A stretch of 64,000 bases of DNA from Octopus bimaculoides. Taxonomy: Eukaryota. Both the position numbers and the translations under genes were made by a program. Shown piece after piece: positions 39,408 to 51,538 of the stretch. Under the pieces are notes generated by a model. It saw only the letters and a list, made by a program, of their open reading frames with translations. It was not told the DNA's origin and did not search any database. The number at the start of each line of letters is the position of its first letter. Position 1 is the stretch's first letter. The stretch spans positions 133,681,883-133,745,882 of the forward strand of contig NC_068982.1 in assembly GCF_001194135.2 (NCBI RefSeq). Direction: 5' to 3'.

Positions 39408-41159
39408 CTCTACATTGAGGCAGTTGGGCGTGTAGCTTTAAATCTAAGAGTTGAAGTCCATAGACAAGTAACTAGGCTTGGAGTTTCTTATATCAGATAC
39501 AGCCAAATGCTGTCTAAAAACAAGTGAAACAACATTGCTGTAGCTGAAATTGTCTAGAGTGAAGAAACGCTGAGGAGTGAATGTAGAAAAGTAGGTCTTC
39601 ATTTGATCTGACTCCACTAAAAGGAGTTCCCTGAAAAGGAAAACAACTGAAAGGTGTTGAAGATGAGGATTTTTAGAAACTGTTTTTGGTTGACAGCTGG
39701 CCGTATCAGAAGCTGATCTTCTTTAGAATGGAACCTACTTTATACCAAAGACTGGTAAAGAACTCTCTAGGGAAAGATTGATTGAGGAATTTGGTAAGGA
39801 TATGGACTGTTTCTGGTACATAATGTCAGGGCCAATAACATTATTGATTTAGAGTAATCGGAAGCATATTTTTTGCAATTAGCATGTATGTATACAAAAT
39901 GACAAATCTTGTGGAGTGGAGGAGGAACATACAGGAGGACTCTTGTCGAGTATTGTGGGGTTGGAAGCAAAACTAACAATTATGGACAGTTTCTCCACAA
40001 AAGTACTGCTTTTTGAGATTTCTTTAGTTAGGAGTGCTGTGCATTTTTAATTCCATTCGTTTGAAAATAATTAAGTAAACAAGGTTTACTTGTTTACATT
40101 ATTGAGATTGCAGCTACTGATGGCAAGCTCCTACCTCTTCCTGTAACTTCTGAGTCCATACCAAGGAAGAGAAAGCCTCTGTATAGTCACTTGATCTGCT
40201 AGCAGTAGCAGCCAAATTTCCCTCAAATTACACCCTACCATCTTAAAAAAAAGAAGAGATGCATTGGCTAATGTAGTCCTGCGTTCCATGTAGATTGAAA
40301 CAGATGGGATGTTTATGGCTGGAAGGCCTCTGATTATAGGTCTGCTCAATGAGGGTTGACCCAAGGTTAAACAAGAATTCTGAGACCACAATTTTTCAGT
40401 GGGTGTTAATATTACAAATGGCAGTTTGTCAAAAAAAATGTGCAAACAAGTTAAAATATTGGAGTAAATATCCTCAAACAATCCAAGTTCTTTCCATTTG
40501 TAAAACTGGAACAAAAACTACTTTTTATTTTCATAGTGTAATCAGCTTAAAAATTACTTTTTCACAGAGCTCTGGCATGCACATGCATGTGAGTGTGTTT
40601 CTGCTTTCATCCATAGCTATAAAGTGGATTGTGTAGGAAGAAGATCTAGTCAATGTTTGAATTGTTCATGGTTGTTTACTGTGTGACCTAATTACTGCTT
40701 TTAGCTGACAGTGTTTTAATTTCATCAATATCAAGGACTTTATTTGCATTTCAAATGACCTCATTCCCAACTTTCTTTATTCATCTTGTTTATTCTAAAT
40801 ATTTAAAAACAGATTTGTTTGTGAAAATTAAATCGCTAAGCCTCTCTTCCCTCAGAACATATGCTGTAAATCTCTCTGACTTCATTTACTATAAATAACA
40901 CACTGTAAGAAATAAAGCCCATCACCAGATCCGGTCCTTGTTGCAGTGCTGTGGCTTGTGTGACCCTGAGAGCTATGCCAGCAGTGTGTGAGCTCCTGGT
41001 AGGGCCTCCCATGTTGGACAGGTCATAGGATAGAGGGCCAGACTAATGTGAACTACCTCTTCTCAGAAGTGAAAATGGGCTTCTGTAGGGTCAACACTTT
41101 TACCAGGGAAAAGGCAAAGTTATAGAAGTATAAACGAAAGGATAAAGATCCTTCTAGAG

Positions 41160-41466
41160 CAGGCCTGGCCAACTCAAATTACATTCTGAGCCACTTTTAT
41201 CACAGAAAGTTTTTTGGGGGCTGCTTGTATACTGACAGAATTGAAAACATTTTGCTTTCTCATGCTATTATTACAGTAATGAATGAATGGTCGTTGATTC
41301 AACATGAAATATTATCATTGCAAAAATAGTAGCATCTTTCTCTTTTACTTTTCATTACAATCTTCAAATATTTGATAAAATTTTTTAAATGCTTGTTTAA
41401 ATAAACCTATTTCAAGAAAGTATCAAACAAGACAAAAGTTTGTGGGCCTCAGAATGGCCAGCCCTG
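41160..41466. mobile_element. hAT MITE, 307 bp
   Basis: TIRs caggcctggcca / tggccagccctg; perfect 8-bp TSD TTCTAGAG at 41152-41159 and 41467-41474. Confidence 0.85.
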
Positions 41467-41509
41467 TTCTAGAGTCATAGACTCATAGTGCCAATTTCCC
41501 TAAATCTGT

Positions 41510-41578
<69 letters not shown>

Positions 41579-41789
41579 CCACTTGGAACACGACACGGGT
41601 CCATTGCAGGAATACTCAATTTTGCCAGATGAGTAGACTGGAGAAATGTGAAATGAAGTGTTTTGCTCAAGAACACAACACATCACTCAGTCCAGGAGCT
41701 GAATGTGCAATCTTAAGATCATGAGTGCAATGTCCTAACCACTAAGCCATGAACCTTCACAAGTTAGAGGAGCATCAATGATAATCCAA

Positions 41790-41925
41790 AATTAACAAGA
41801 CCTGGGAGTGGAAGACCTTTCTTCAAGGATGGCTAGGCCACACCTGAAGACCCTTGAGTTGAAAATACTGGAGAAATGTCATTGATGGCCTATGCTCCAT
41901 TAGAAGCAAAGCTCTTAAGAGAGAG
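41790..41925 (+). mobile_element. RTE LINE extreme 3' end
   Basis: WRNVIDGLCSIRS followed by a short (AG)n tail, typical of RTE termini (WR..V.GLCS). Confidence 0.5.
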
Positions 41926-42387
41926 AAAGAAATGAAGTCAAGTAAATCATTATCAAAATATGTAATGTAAAGTGTTGTACTGAGATACAAGCCTACTTTT
42001 GACCGACTTTCAGAGTATAGAATTAGATAATTAAATTGACCTCAATTTTGAAACACTGTTAATGAAGAATAAAATAAGATAATGATGTGTGTGTATGTGA
42101 GGGTGTGTGTGTGTAGACATTTGATGAATTGAGACTTTACTGATAATTATGTCTCACTTACTTAATCAGTGATGTGTAATTGTTTCTAGCAAGGTATATA
42201 TCTATGATGCAATGGATTGAGTAAATACACAGTGGTAGTGGTGTTGATGTACTGTATTAAGACTATCTTTGGGCCTTATTTATACTCTGACAGGTTTTGA
42301 TATTCTTTTGGTCATTTTGATATTGTATATCTCTCTCATCTTAAATAACTACACGTGTGTGCATGCATATATCAATGTATGTATGTA

Positions 42388-42428
<41 letters not shown>

Positions 42429-42620
42429 TTTATTTTTTTAGACTTCATGGACTTTTCCTTCTCTTTCTGACAAAATGTTAAAAACTCACTCTTTTTTCCC
42501 CACCTTTACTAAGCGTTAAGCTAATACATTCTATATGTATGTCCCCTTGTTGTTTTGTTAGCATTATTTTTTGATGTTCAGTTAATGTTCAACCTTTAAT
42601 GTTCAATTTGACTATATATA

Positions 42621-42776
42621 TAGTTGTGTATGCACATGTTTATGTATACAAATGCATGTGTGTATGTACATAATTTTTATATGTAGTTGTGTATCCACAT
42701 GTTTATGTATATAAATGCATGTGTATGTACATAATTTTTATATATATTTATGTGCCTGTTGTTTTTTGTGAATTCT

Positions 42777-42812
<36 letters not shown>

Positions 42813-42880
42813 GTGTATGCACATGTTTATGTATATAAATGCATGTGTGTATGCACATAATTTTTATACATATTTATGTG

Positions 42881-42972
<92 letters not shown>

Positions 42973-43135
42973 GTTTAACGTCCGCTTTCCATGCTAGCAT
43001 GGGTTGGACGATTTGATTGAGGACTGGTAAAACCGGATGGCAACACCAGGCTCCATATATATATAGTTGTGTATGCACATGTTTATGTATTTAATGCATG
43101 TGTATATGTACATAATTTGTATACATATTTACGTG
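42621..43135. repeat. Four near-identical copies of an approximately 62-bp AT/GT-rich unit
   Basis: tagttgtgtatgcacatgtttatgtatataaatgcatgtgt...gtacataattt at 42621, 42684, 42808 and 43064. Confidence 0.85.
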
Positions 43136-43748
43136 TGTGAATATATATATATACATATATATATATAGAAGCCCAAAAGCTGCCCTCTAGATTGACTTCT
43201 AATTCAGCTCCTGTAGATGTCTCTCAGGCCTTTCATAAAGTTGAAGAACCAATATATAATGATAACATGTATAATATATAATATATGATAATAACATGTA
43301 ACTACATCACTAATTCTTTATTTCTTAAAAGAGTTTATCATGTGAAAATTTGTGAAGTGTAAGCTTCATCGGACCTTTTTGCTGCTGATTTTTAGTGATT
43401 TATCCAGTCTAAAAACTTCACCTGATCATGTTGAGTGTAAATTACATTGGACCTTTCTCGTATTTTGTAGGAATTGACAGGTTCATGCTATTCTGGAGGA
43501 TGTATATGTATCTGAGTGTTTGTGTTCATTTGCCTTCACATCACACAAAAGTTGTAAAATGACTAACTGTCATAAAAGTGGTGCTATTTTCAATTTTCCA
43601 TGCTAATGGGTCCCAGCCATGAAGACTATTACCTTGCTTGGAAATAGTTGAGGGTTAGGGACAGAAAGGGCACCCTGCTGTAGAAAATTTGCCTCAATGA
43701 ATTGTGTCTGGCCCATGTAAGCATGGAAATGTGGCTGTTAAAACAGTG

Positions 43749-43802
<54 letters not shown>

Positions 43803-43920
43803 AACTTGTTGTATATAGTACTTATGTATACTATAACTCATGAGAAAAAGTAGCCAAAAATGGACAGGCACACATACACACACATGTACATGTATCTGCG
43901 TAATCATGAATATGTGTGTG

Positions 43921-44301
43921 TGTCTTTTATCTTTTACTTGTTTCAGTGATTGAACTGTTGCCATGCTGGAGCACCATGTTGAAAAGTTTAATTGGACAAA
44001 TTTATCCCAATACTTTTTTTTAAGTTTGGGACTTATTCATTCTATCAGTCTCTTTTGCTGAACTACTTAGTAACAGAGATGTAAACAAACCAACACTGAT
44101 TATTAAGTGTTGGAAGTGGGTGACAGACACAAAGACACACACATGTATACAAGGGGCTTCTACACAGTTTCTATCTACCAAATTCACTTACAAGGCATTA
44201 GTCAGCCTTGGGCCATAGTTGAAGTCAGTTGTTAAAGTTGTGGCCCAGAACTGAACCCCAAAACCATGTGATCGCAAAGTGAGCTGCTTAACCATGCATC
44301 C
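43921..44301 (-). mobile_element. SINE family A
   Basis: cttttacttgtttcagt ... ccatgctggagcacc ... cagtttctatctaccaaattcac ... aaccatgtg. Confidence 0.75.
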
Positions 44302-44792
44302 GTGTATGTGTCTATACATATATATCGAAATCTGAAATGTCACTATCACTATTCAGTTTTGCATTTCAGCTTTTTGTTGCAGTGAAAAGCAAAGCTGAGT
44401 AGTTTATAGTGTGGTGACATCTCGACTTTAATAAATATATAAACTCTGTTGTGTGTATTGAGTAATTTTCCCTAGGGTTTGTAAACATGCACTCTCTCTC
44501 ATGCACACACACATGTACAATTATATACACTTTTAGTTGATATATCTCTAAACTCTACTATATATTTCTGTTAATATGCTATTAATTAACCAAGTATATT
44601 GTGCACTAATCCATCAACTGATATTGTTGTATGTAATATTCACAAAATAATTATACATAACGAGCTTATTGTGCAGCAAAGGTTTTATTGAATAATCACA
44701 GTAGTTGGTTAAATAAAAAGTGGATGCTGTGGTTATTGTCATCTGAATATCTGTGCACAATATATATTATCAGTTATGTTACCCATCTTATG

Positions 44793-44851
<59 letters not shown>

Positions 44852-44976
44852 ACATTTGCATATATATATATATATATATATTCGTGTCTGTGTATATATA
44901 TACATATATATATATATATGTATATTTGCATATATATATTCATGTATGTATGTCTGTCTGTCTATCTATCTTTATT

Positions 44977-45014
<38 letters not shown>

Positions 45015-45032
45015 TGTATATATATGTATATA

Positions 45033-45097
<65 letters not shown>

Positions 45098-45110
45098 GTA
45101 TATATATATG

Positions 45111-45141
<31 letters not shown>

Positions 45142-45178
45142 GTATATATATATGTATATATATATGTATATATATATG

Positions 45179-45211
<33 letters not shown>

Positions 45212-45224
45212 GTATATATATATG

Positions 45225-45258
<34 letters not shown>
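44793..45258. repeat. Compound (TG)n/(TA)n microsatellite with higher-order tatatatatg periodicity
   Basis: Direct reading; source of four spurious ORFs. Confidence 0.95.
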
Positions 45259-45541
45259 AAGTATCGATTTAATTACTAACATTAGATCATGTAATATTTC
45301 GTTTAATAATCTTATATATACCACATAATGTTATGTCTCTTATTTAATACTACTAACTATTCGCATAAATAGACAGTATAATATTGACCAATCATATAAA
45401 TGTTGTGCTTCAGTTAGCCATACATTCAGCAACATTTCTTTTCGTTTGTTTTTTCTTCTTTTTTTCTTCTTTTCTGTCTCTTTTTCTCTCTTTATTGCTA
45501 TTTTTATCATTTTTATCTTTCAATTTGTTGTTTTTCAATAG

Positions 45542-45607
45542 AAAGTCTGAATCATCAAGAGAGGAATGAGCCAAGGGAAAATATGTTAGAAGACCGCAAG
45601 CCCTTTG
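45542..45607 (+). CDS. Internal coding exon (66 nt, phase 1-1) of an unidentified gene; (E)SLNHQERNEPRENMLEDRKPF
   Basis: Long pyrimidine tract ending tttttcaatag, donor TTTG|gtgagt, open frame, length divisible by 3, purine-rich against its flanks, and peptide similarity to the exon at 63677. Confidence 0.8.
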
Positions 45608-48045
45608 GTGAGTAAGAATTACCAATGCTATTCAAAAGAGATGCTGTCTTTGGTGTAGCAGCATAATTTATGTTTGTGTTTTTTTTTCCCCATTTTTTTA
45701 TTTTTTATTTTGGCAAGAAATAGGTAATAGGGGGGAGAGAGAGTTCTTTCTACCCCATCACCTCAATGATTTGAGTTGTTGACAGAAATACTTTAACAGT
45801 TCAAAGAGGGTTTTACATGGTGCTGATTGCATTCATCTCATTAATTAATAGACCTGACAGAACTACAGACAGCTGTTTGCACTCCTAGTTGTTAGTATTT
45901 ATTTATTTATTCCTGTACTAAATTGAGTGTGGAATGATATAGTAAAAGCACATCTAAAATAGCTAGGATTTCAAGAGAGAATGGCACTTTCGATGGGGGT
46001 AAAGAGGAATGAGATCTTTAACATAGTCTGAAAGAAACTATTAACTGAAGAAGCTGACACACTAAAATGTTAGATATTTCCTCTTTTAGACAACATAAAC
46101 CAGATATTCTAGCCTTTACCTTATGTATTGAATTGTGCTTTAGACTAAGCCACATTACACTAGATATCCAACCCAATCTCTTCTCTTGGTAATGGGAGCC
46201 ATTCTGCAATTCCATGTTAATTTACTTGTTAGAAGCATTTGCTTGCTCCAACAATTAACATAGAAATTTTCAAAACCTGTCAATCTAGCCAAGTTATTAT
46301 AGTACAATTGAATGTAAAATAATTAAACTATGTTAAACGAAGAATTTTAATTGGTATAATTCATCATTAGAATTATGTCTGTTTTTCCTTGTTGGCGTCT
46401 ATTGGATTTGTTTGCAATAAAAAATATTGATTTGTGACTTTGGCCTGAGGCGACACAGTTTTAGGAAGAAACAGTGAATACCAGTACTTTGTTGCAATTT
46501 ACTAACCATGTAAAGTTGAAGCACATTGTCAATCTTGGAAGGATTTGAACTGAGAATATAAATGAGCTAAATATGAAAAGGCATTATATTGTATTATATT
46601 TGTTGTTCTACAAAATCTGTTAGTCTGTCGCCATGGGAAATTGACTGCAATGAAAAATATTAATAAGTATATTAAAAAATGTTGCTACTCTTAAGATAAT
46701 CAACCCAACTTCTTCATAAGTTCTTCAAGAGTCATTTACATAAGAAATAGTTGTATCATTTGCATATAGAATCACCTTCTACAAACTTCTGGTGGCCATG
46801 GTTGACTAGGACCTGTATGTGTAGGTGTCTGAACAAGGATTTTTGTAAAAGACTGGCTCTTACCTATGCATGTAGTCTCCCCTCTCTGCACCATTGATGT
46901 TGTTTCCAGGGAAACACCACCACCTTAGGGCAGAATCAACTTAACATCAGTGCTATTATAGGTATTGCAGTCAGAACACAAAGAGCTGGAACATATTCCT
47001 AATAGCATTTTGTCCTATGTTCTAATTGGCCTTGGTTTGAACTCAGTATGCAAAGGATCAGAACAAATATCACAAGGCCTAATTCAACACCCTAATAGTT
47101 CTGCCAATTTGTCACCTCAAGTTGCCTTATTGTCATTCTATTACATAGTTCATTTGCTCCAAGTGAATTCTCACCAAGCAGACCTATGATTGAAGGTGTT
47201 CCAGCCATCGATCTTGCATTTTTTATGTGGGTAGGGTGTGGTCTAGGGGAAATTTGATTGCTATTTCTAACTGGTTGAGTGACTGAATAGATATTCCTCT
47301 AGTGGTTTATAGAGGTGTTGTGATATAGCCAGGTAGATAAGTAATGTGATTGAAAGGCCTTTAACGTTTTGTATTTTGTGAATGGATGTCTAATTAAATG
47401 TTTACCTCAGGTTTACTGGGTTGTAGGTGTCTTTAAACTTTTCCTTTCGGTGTGCTGATCTGGAAACAACTTTCTTGTGCATGTGCTGCCAATTGAACTT
47501 TCCACACACCAGGAGTCATTAGTCATCAAGTATCAGGAGTCATTAAGAGAGCATGTATGCTGTTTTGAAACCTTCCTTCAATAGCTTTGCAGTGCACCAG
47601 CCTTCCCACTGACAAAGGCTCCACCTAATAGATTGGCTGCTTTGTGTAAAATGGTTGAATAACATATTGTGGTCAATTTTGGCTTTTATCCTTCTGGGGT
47701 TGGATTGGATTGCTCATGGTCAGTCCACTGCAGGACGAAGGCCTCAGCATGTTCTCAATCAAGATCAGATGAGGAATCCTTGAATTTGAGCTTGAGATCA
47801 TACTGGTTTGATGAGCCTACTCTGCCACACTGGTTCAGCATGGCTTGGCAGACAGGGGCAGTTTTTTATACTCATATCCAGGAGTAGATAAGTTGATTAC
47901 CCCTTTTTGAGGTTAAGAAAAATAAAATACCAGTTAAATACTAGTCTGTATAACTGACTGTTCCCTGCTCCCAAATTTCTGGTTTTGTGCCTTTATGAGA
48001 AATGAGTTTCACTTAATTTAATGTTTTTGTGTTATATATAGATAT

Positions 48046-48079
<34 letters not shown>

Positions 48080-48081
<2 letters not shown>

Positions 48082-48420
48082 TCGAAGGAAGAGTAAGTAC
48101 GGTTAGGTAGCTTTTTAATAGCTACAAATGTTTCGAATCATACAGATCCTCATATGTACAGGATTTAAAGTTGAGTTTAAATTAAATTATGTAACGATTT
48201 ACCTGTATAAGAGGGTCTATATGTATCTCCTCAGGCGATACTCAGTTGCTGTCTCCGTAAGTAAATCTAGATTTCCATGCTACAACATTCATGACTTCGT
48301 CTTTGAAACTAAGACTAGAATTGGTAGTATACTACTGGCTATTTGGGAATTCTAAGGGTGAACGAGCTCTATTTGTACTCTTATACGTTCTTAAGAACAC
48401 ACCTCAACTATATATATAAA
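48080..48420 (-). mobile_element. Penelope-like element remnant (GIY-YIG C-terminus plus terminal region)
   Basis: Minus-strand ERIRVQIELVHP*NSQIAS and TEYRLRRYI resemble the PLE endonuclease C-terminus (R.RVH.QQI.HP.YSQI...R...E.YFI..FKP.LN); a hammerhead-like motif follows. Recognised from memory only. Confidence 0.5.
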
Positions 48421-48594
48421 ACAATTGCAGCGTGGAAGGTGTTTATAAGCCATTTAAAATAACACACAAAATCCGTTAGATTCACTTCAACATTTAAATT
48501 TAATTTGTCAAAATATTTTCATCGCTTTGCGACCGAGACCTGTTCACTGACAAAATTCTGTGCTGCATCTGAGAAAGTAATAGTTAGTTCATGA

Positions 48595-48900
48595 TATATA
48601 TGTACATGTGTATGTATGTATGTATGTATGTATGTATGTATGTGCGTGTACATGTGTGCGCGTATGCATCTGTGTACATGCGTATGTATGTGTGCATGCC
48701 TATACACATGTATGTATGTATGTGAGTATGCACGTATGTACTTATGGATGTACGTGAGTAATAGGGTAAGTGTGTAGACGTGTTTGTGTGTGTGTGTGTG
48801 TGTGCATATGTATGTACATGTGAATGTATGTTTATGTACTGATATGTGCGTCATATATATATATATATAGTGTGTGTGTATATATATATATATATGATAT
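48595..48900. repeat. Compound (TATG)n/(TG)n/(TA)n microsatellite
   Basis: Direct reading; explains the H/T/Y/I-rich 146-aa minus ORF. Confidence 0.9.
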
Positions 48901-51190
48901 GGATGAGCATGATGCTTTCTAATAAGTAACTCAATTAGAGAGTCACACATGTTTTGCATGAAATTTGTTTTGGGTTATAAACACTGCTGAAAATACTTGT
49001 CCAAAATGATAATTGGATAGGAATAGCAAACAGCGCTCCACACATTTTCTGCATTTACAAGCTGCATTTAGCTGGTTGAGATTCTTTTAAAATCCCAGTG
49101 CTTTTACACACATTGTGTACCTTTGCAATTTCTCTTGTGTACTGTACCCCTAGGTATACACATATCCAGTTTGAGCACCCCTGATCTAGAAGCATGTTAA
49201 CTTCTCAATACTTTTGAATCTAGAGAAAAAAAAAGCAATATTTTCAAAAGCCTTTATGATTTTTACCACTAATTCTTATATACAAACACATGGACATGCA
49301 TGCAAACACACACATGTATACCCACATGCAAGCAAAGTGTTAGCTATAAGCAGGAGAAGTTGATATTTCTACACCATTTTAACACAACCAATCAAATAAA
49401 TTTCAGTTAAATCATCCAATCTTGTTTTTTTTTTTAAAAAGGGTGTTCCATCCCATCTTTGGTTTCAGTTGTGCCATATTCAAAGAATGTTGAGATATTG
49501 CAACTAAGTGTCAACCCAAGAAGAATTTTAAAAAACAAACAAACAAAAAACTTGTAAATTAAAAATTTTAAAAGCCTTTTAAATTAGCAATTCTCATTCT
49601 ATTTTGCAAGCAAGACTGAAATACTTAGACATATTTACCTGATACATATTATAATATCCCCCTCATCCTATATACCACACATTTTAAAATGAAACGAAAA
49701 TGCTTGTTCATGTAGATTTTCTTACTACAAAACCAGTTCCAACTGTCTGGATAATATGTGCAAGTTATATTTAGGTTTCAGAAATTCCTTCTCAGTTAAC
49801 CAAAATTACAAATCGCATTTAAAGCTTCATTGTCAATGACACACTTTTTGAATTGTTTGCTTCAGTTTATTTTGTAATGCATTATTATTTTTGTTTTTAA
49901 TACAGTAGTTCTGTGGAATAGGGTCATGCTTTAGCATTTAGTTATGCAGTCATTGTTGAAAGATAAGGTGACCTGTTGTTAGCTAACCAGTTAAAACGCA
50001 TTTAATAAGGCCTAATTCTATGATTCAAAGTTTTGTTTTGTGTGTGCATACATGCATCATGTGTGCTTTCACCTCTCTCTCTCTCTCTCCATTATGTTAG
50101 GCCTGAGCAGTTTAGAAAGCTGCAAAGGCCATATTGACTTTCAGGAGAAAAATGTTGCAGGCTGTTGTGGATTTTCAAACAAAAGTATATGAATGCTTTA
50201 AATACTCCTATTTTTAGTTATCAGTTATCAACCAGGGATGAAGGGAAGGATTTGGATTTCTTTTTTTTTAATTTTGATTCTGCATTCATAGAACATCTTC
50301 ATTCACAGCCTTTTTACTTTAGTTTTTTTTTATGCTTGTAAACAAATACTATTTCTCAAATCCATGATTAGTGGAATAATAAATGGTGATGGTGGTAGTA
50401 ATAATAAGAGTGCCTTACACAATCTTGTTGGGATTATATATGCTTTTTATTCATTTGGGATAATCAAATAAGCCACCAGTCAAGTTCTGTAGGTAGCAAA
50501 TTAATGCCATATCTCCAAATTTGTAGTTTCCTGTTAACATTAAAGAAAATTAAATAGATTAAACGCAGTGCTGTAAGGTACAGAAAGAAAGAAAGCCCTT
50601 GCTTTTTGTCTGAGTGACTGGGGAATTGCAGTTCTGATGCTCTGTTTCATTAACATTATTCACAACCTTGGCAACTGATGTCACTCTGTTCATTAGTAAA
50701 ACTTATAGTCAAGTATCATCACTTGGTGGCACTTACCATGTTGTCACTAATTGTTTGAGGCACTTATCTGGACCTCCTACTTTTTGATCCAGCTGAACAT
50801 TGAAGACGTGACAGCTGGAGGAAGTGGGAGCTGCACCAGCACTCACAAAGTACTCATTCTCTGCTGATTATCACTTGATGATTTTGTTCATTGTTTCACT
50901 TCTTGTCAAACTGACACCTTTGCAGGTTACCTCTTTTGACCCAGCAGAACACTGAGATTGTGGCAGCTGGAAGGAGAGAGAGAGAGCAGCACCAGCACCC
51001 AACTAGTTCTCTTTTTCAGCTGAGTAGATCGGATTAACATTAAATGAAGTGCTTTGATCAAGGACAGGACCTGCTGACTCGAAAACCTTATGTATAACAA
51101 GCTGCATTAAACAATTCTTACAAGAAAAAACAATCTACTATAATTCGGAATTGTAGTTTTTAGTACCTATGTAAAATAAATTGATATATA

Positions 51191-51538
51191 GGCGCAGGAG
51201 TGGTTAGAAGCTTACTTCCCAACCGCATGGTTCCGAGTTCAGTCCCACTGTGTGGCACTTTGGGCAAGTGTCTTCTACTATAGCCTTGGGCCAACCAAAG
51301 CTTTGTGAGTGGGTTTGGTATACATATGTATATCTATGTATTTGTGTGTCTGTGTTTGTCCCACCATTGCTTGACAACTAATGTTGGTGTGTTTACATCC
51401 CTGTAACTTAGTGGTTTGGCAAAAGAGACCGATAGAGTAAGTACTAAAAGAATAAGTCATGGGGTTGATTTGTTTGACTAAAAGTGGTACTCCAGCATGG
51501 CTGCAGTCAAATGAATGAAACAAGAAAAAAAGAAAATA
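51191..51538 (+). mobile_element. SINE family A, near full length
   Basis: ggcgcaggagtgg ... gttcagtcccactgtgtggcactttgggcaagtgtcttctactatagcc ... ccagcatggctgcagtcaaatga. Confidence 0.85.

Larger units (their letters stand above)
38395..39960 (-). mobile_element. Decayed CR1/L2-group LINE RT, interrupted by an hAT MITE
   Basis: Minus-strand remnants in RT order: GPD..., FSGVRSNEDLLFYIH (cf. GFR..RSTGDLL.Y.TH), FLDSIW (cf. AFD.VW), SDPQSIN.PVLS, NNLLAIFNSVHSYVDNTALY (cf. NDLL...IHSYADDTTL), MNKDFKNIF; similar in DNA to the 20415-20814 fragment. Confidence 0.7.

Noticed and set aside
39420-39700. Plus-strand reading ETLRSECRKVGLHL resembling an RTE RT
   Set aside because: The minus strand gives several ordered CR1-type motifs colinear with the fragment across the MITE.
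44688-45324. Four overlapping ORFs of 120-194 aa (YI/CV repeats)
   Set aside because: Translations of (TA)n/(TG)n microsatellite, which lacks stop codons.
50100-50185. 84-nt phase 1-1 open stretch (LSSLESCKGHIDFQEKNVAGCCGFSNK)
   Set aside because: Weak donor (AAA|gtatat); the acceptor tract is a (CT)n microsatellite; open frames this short are common.
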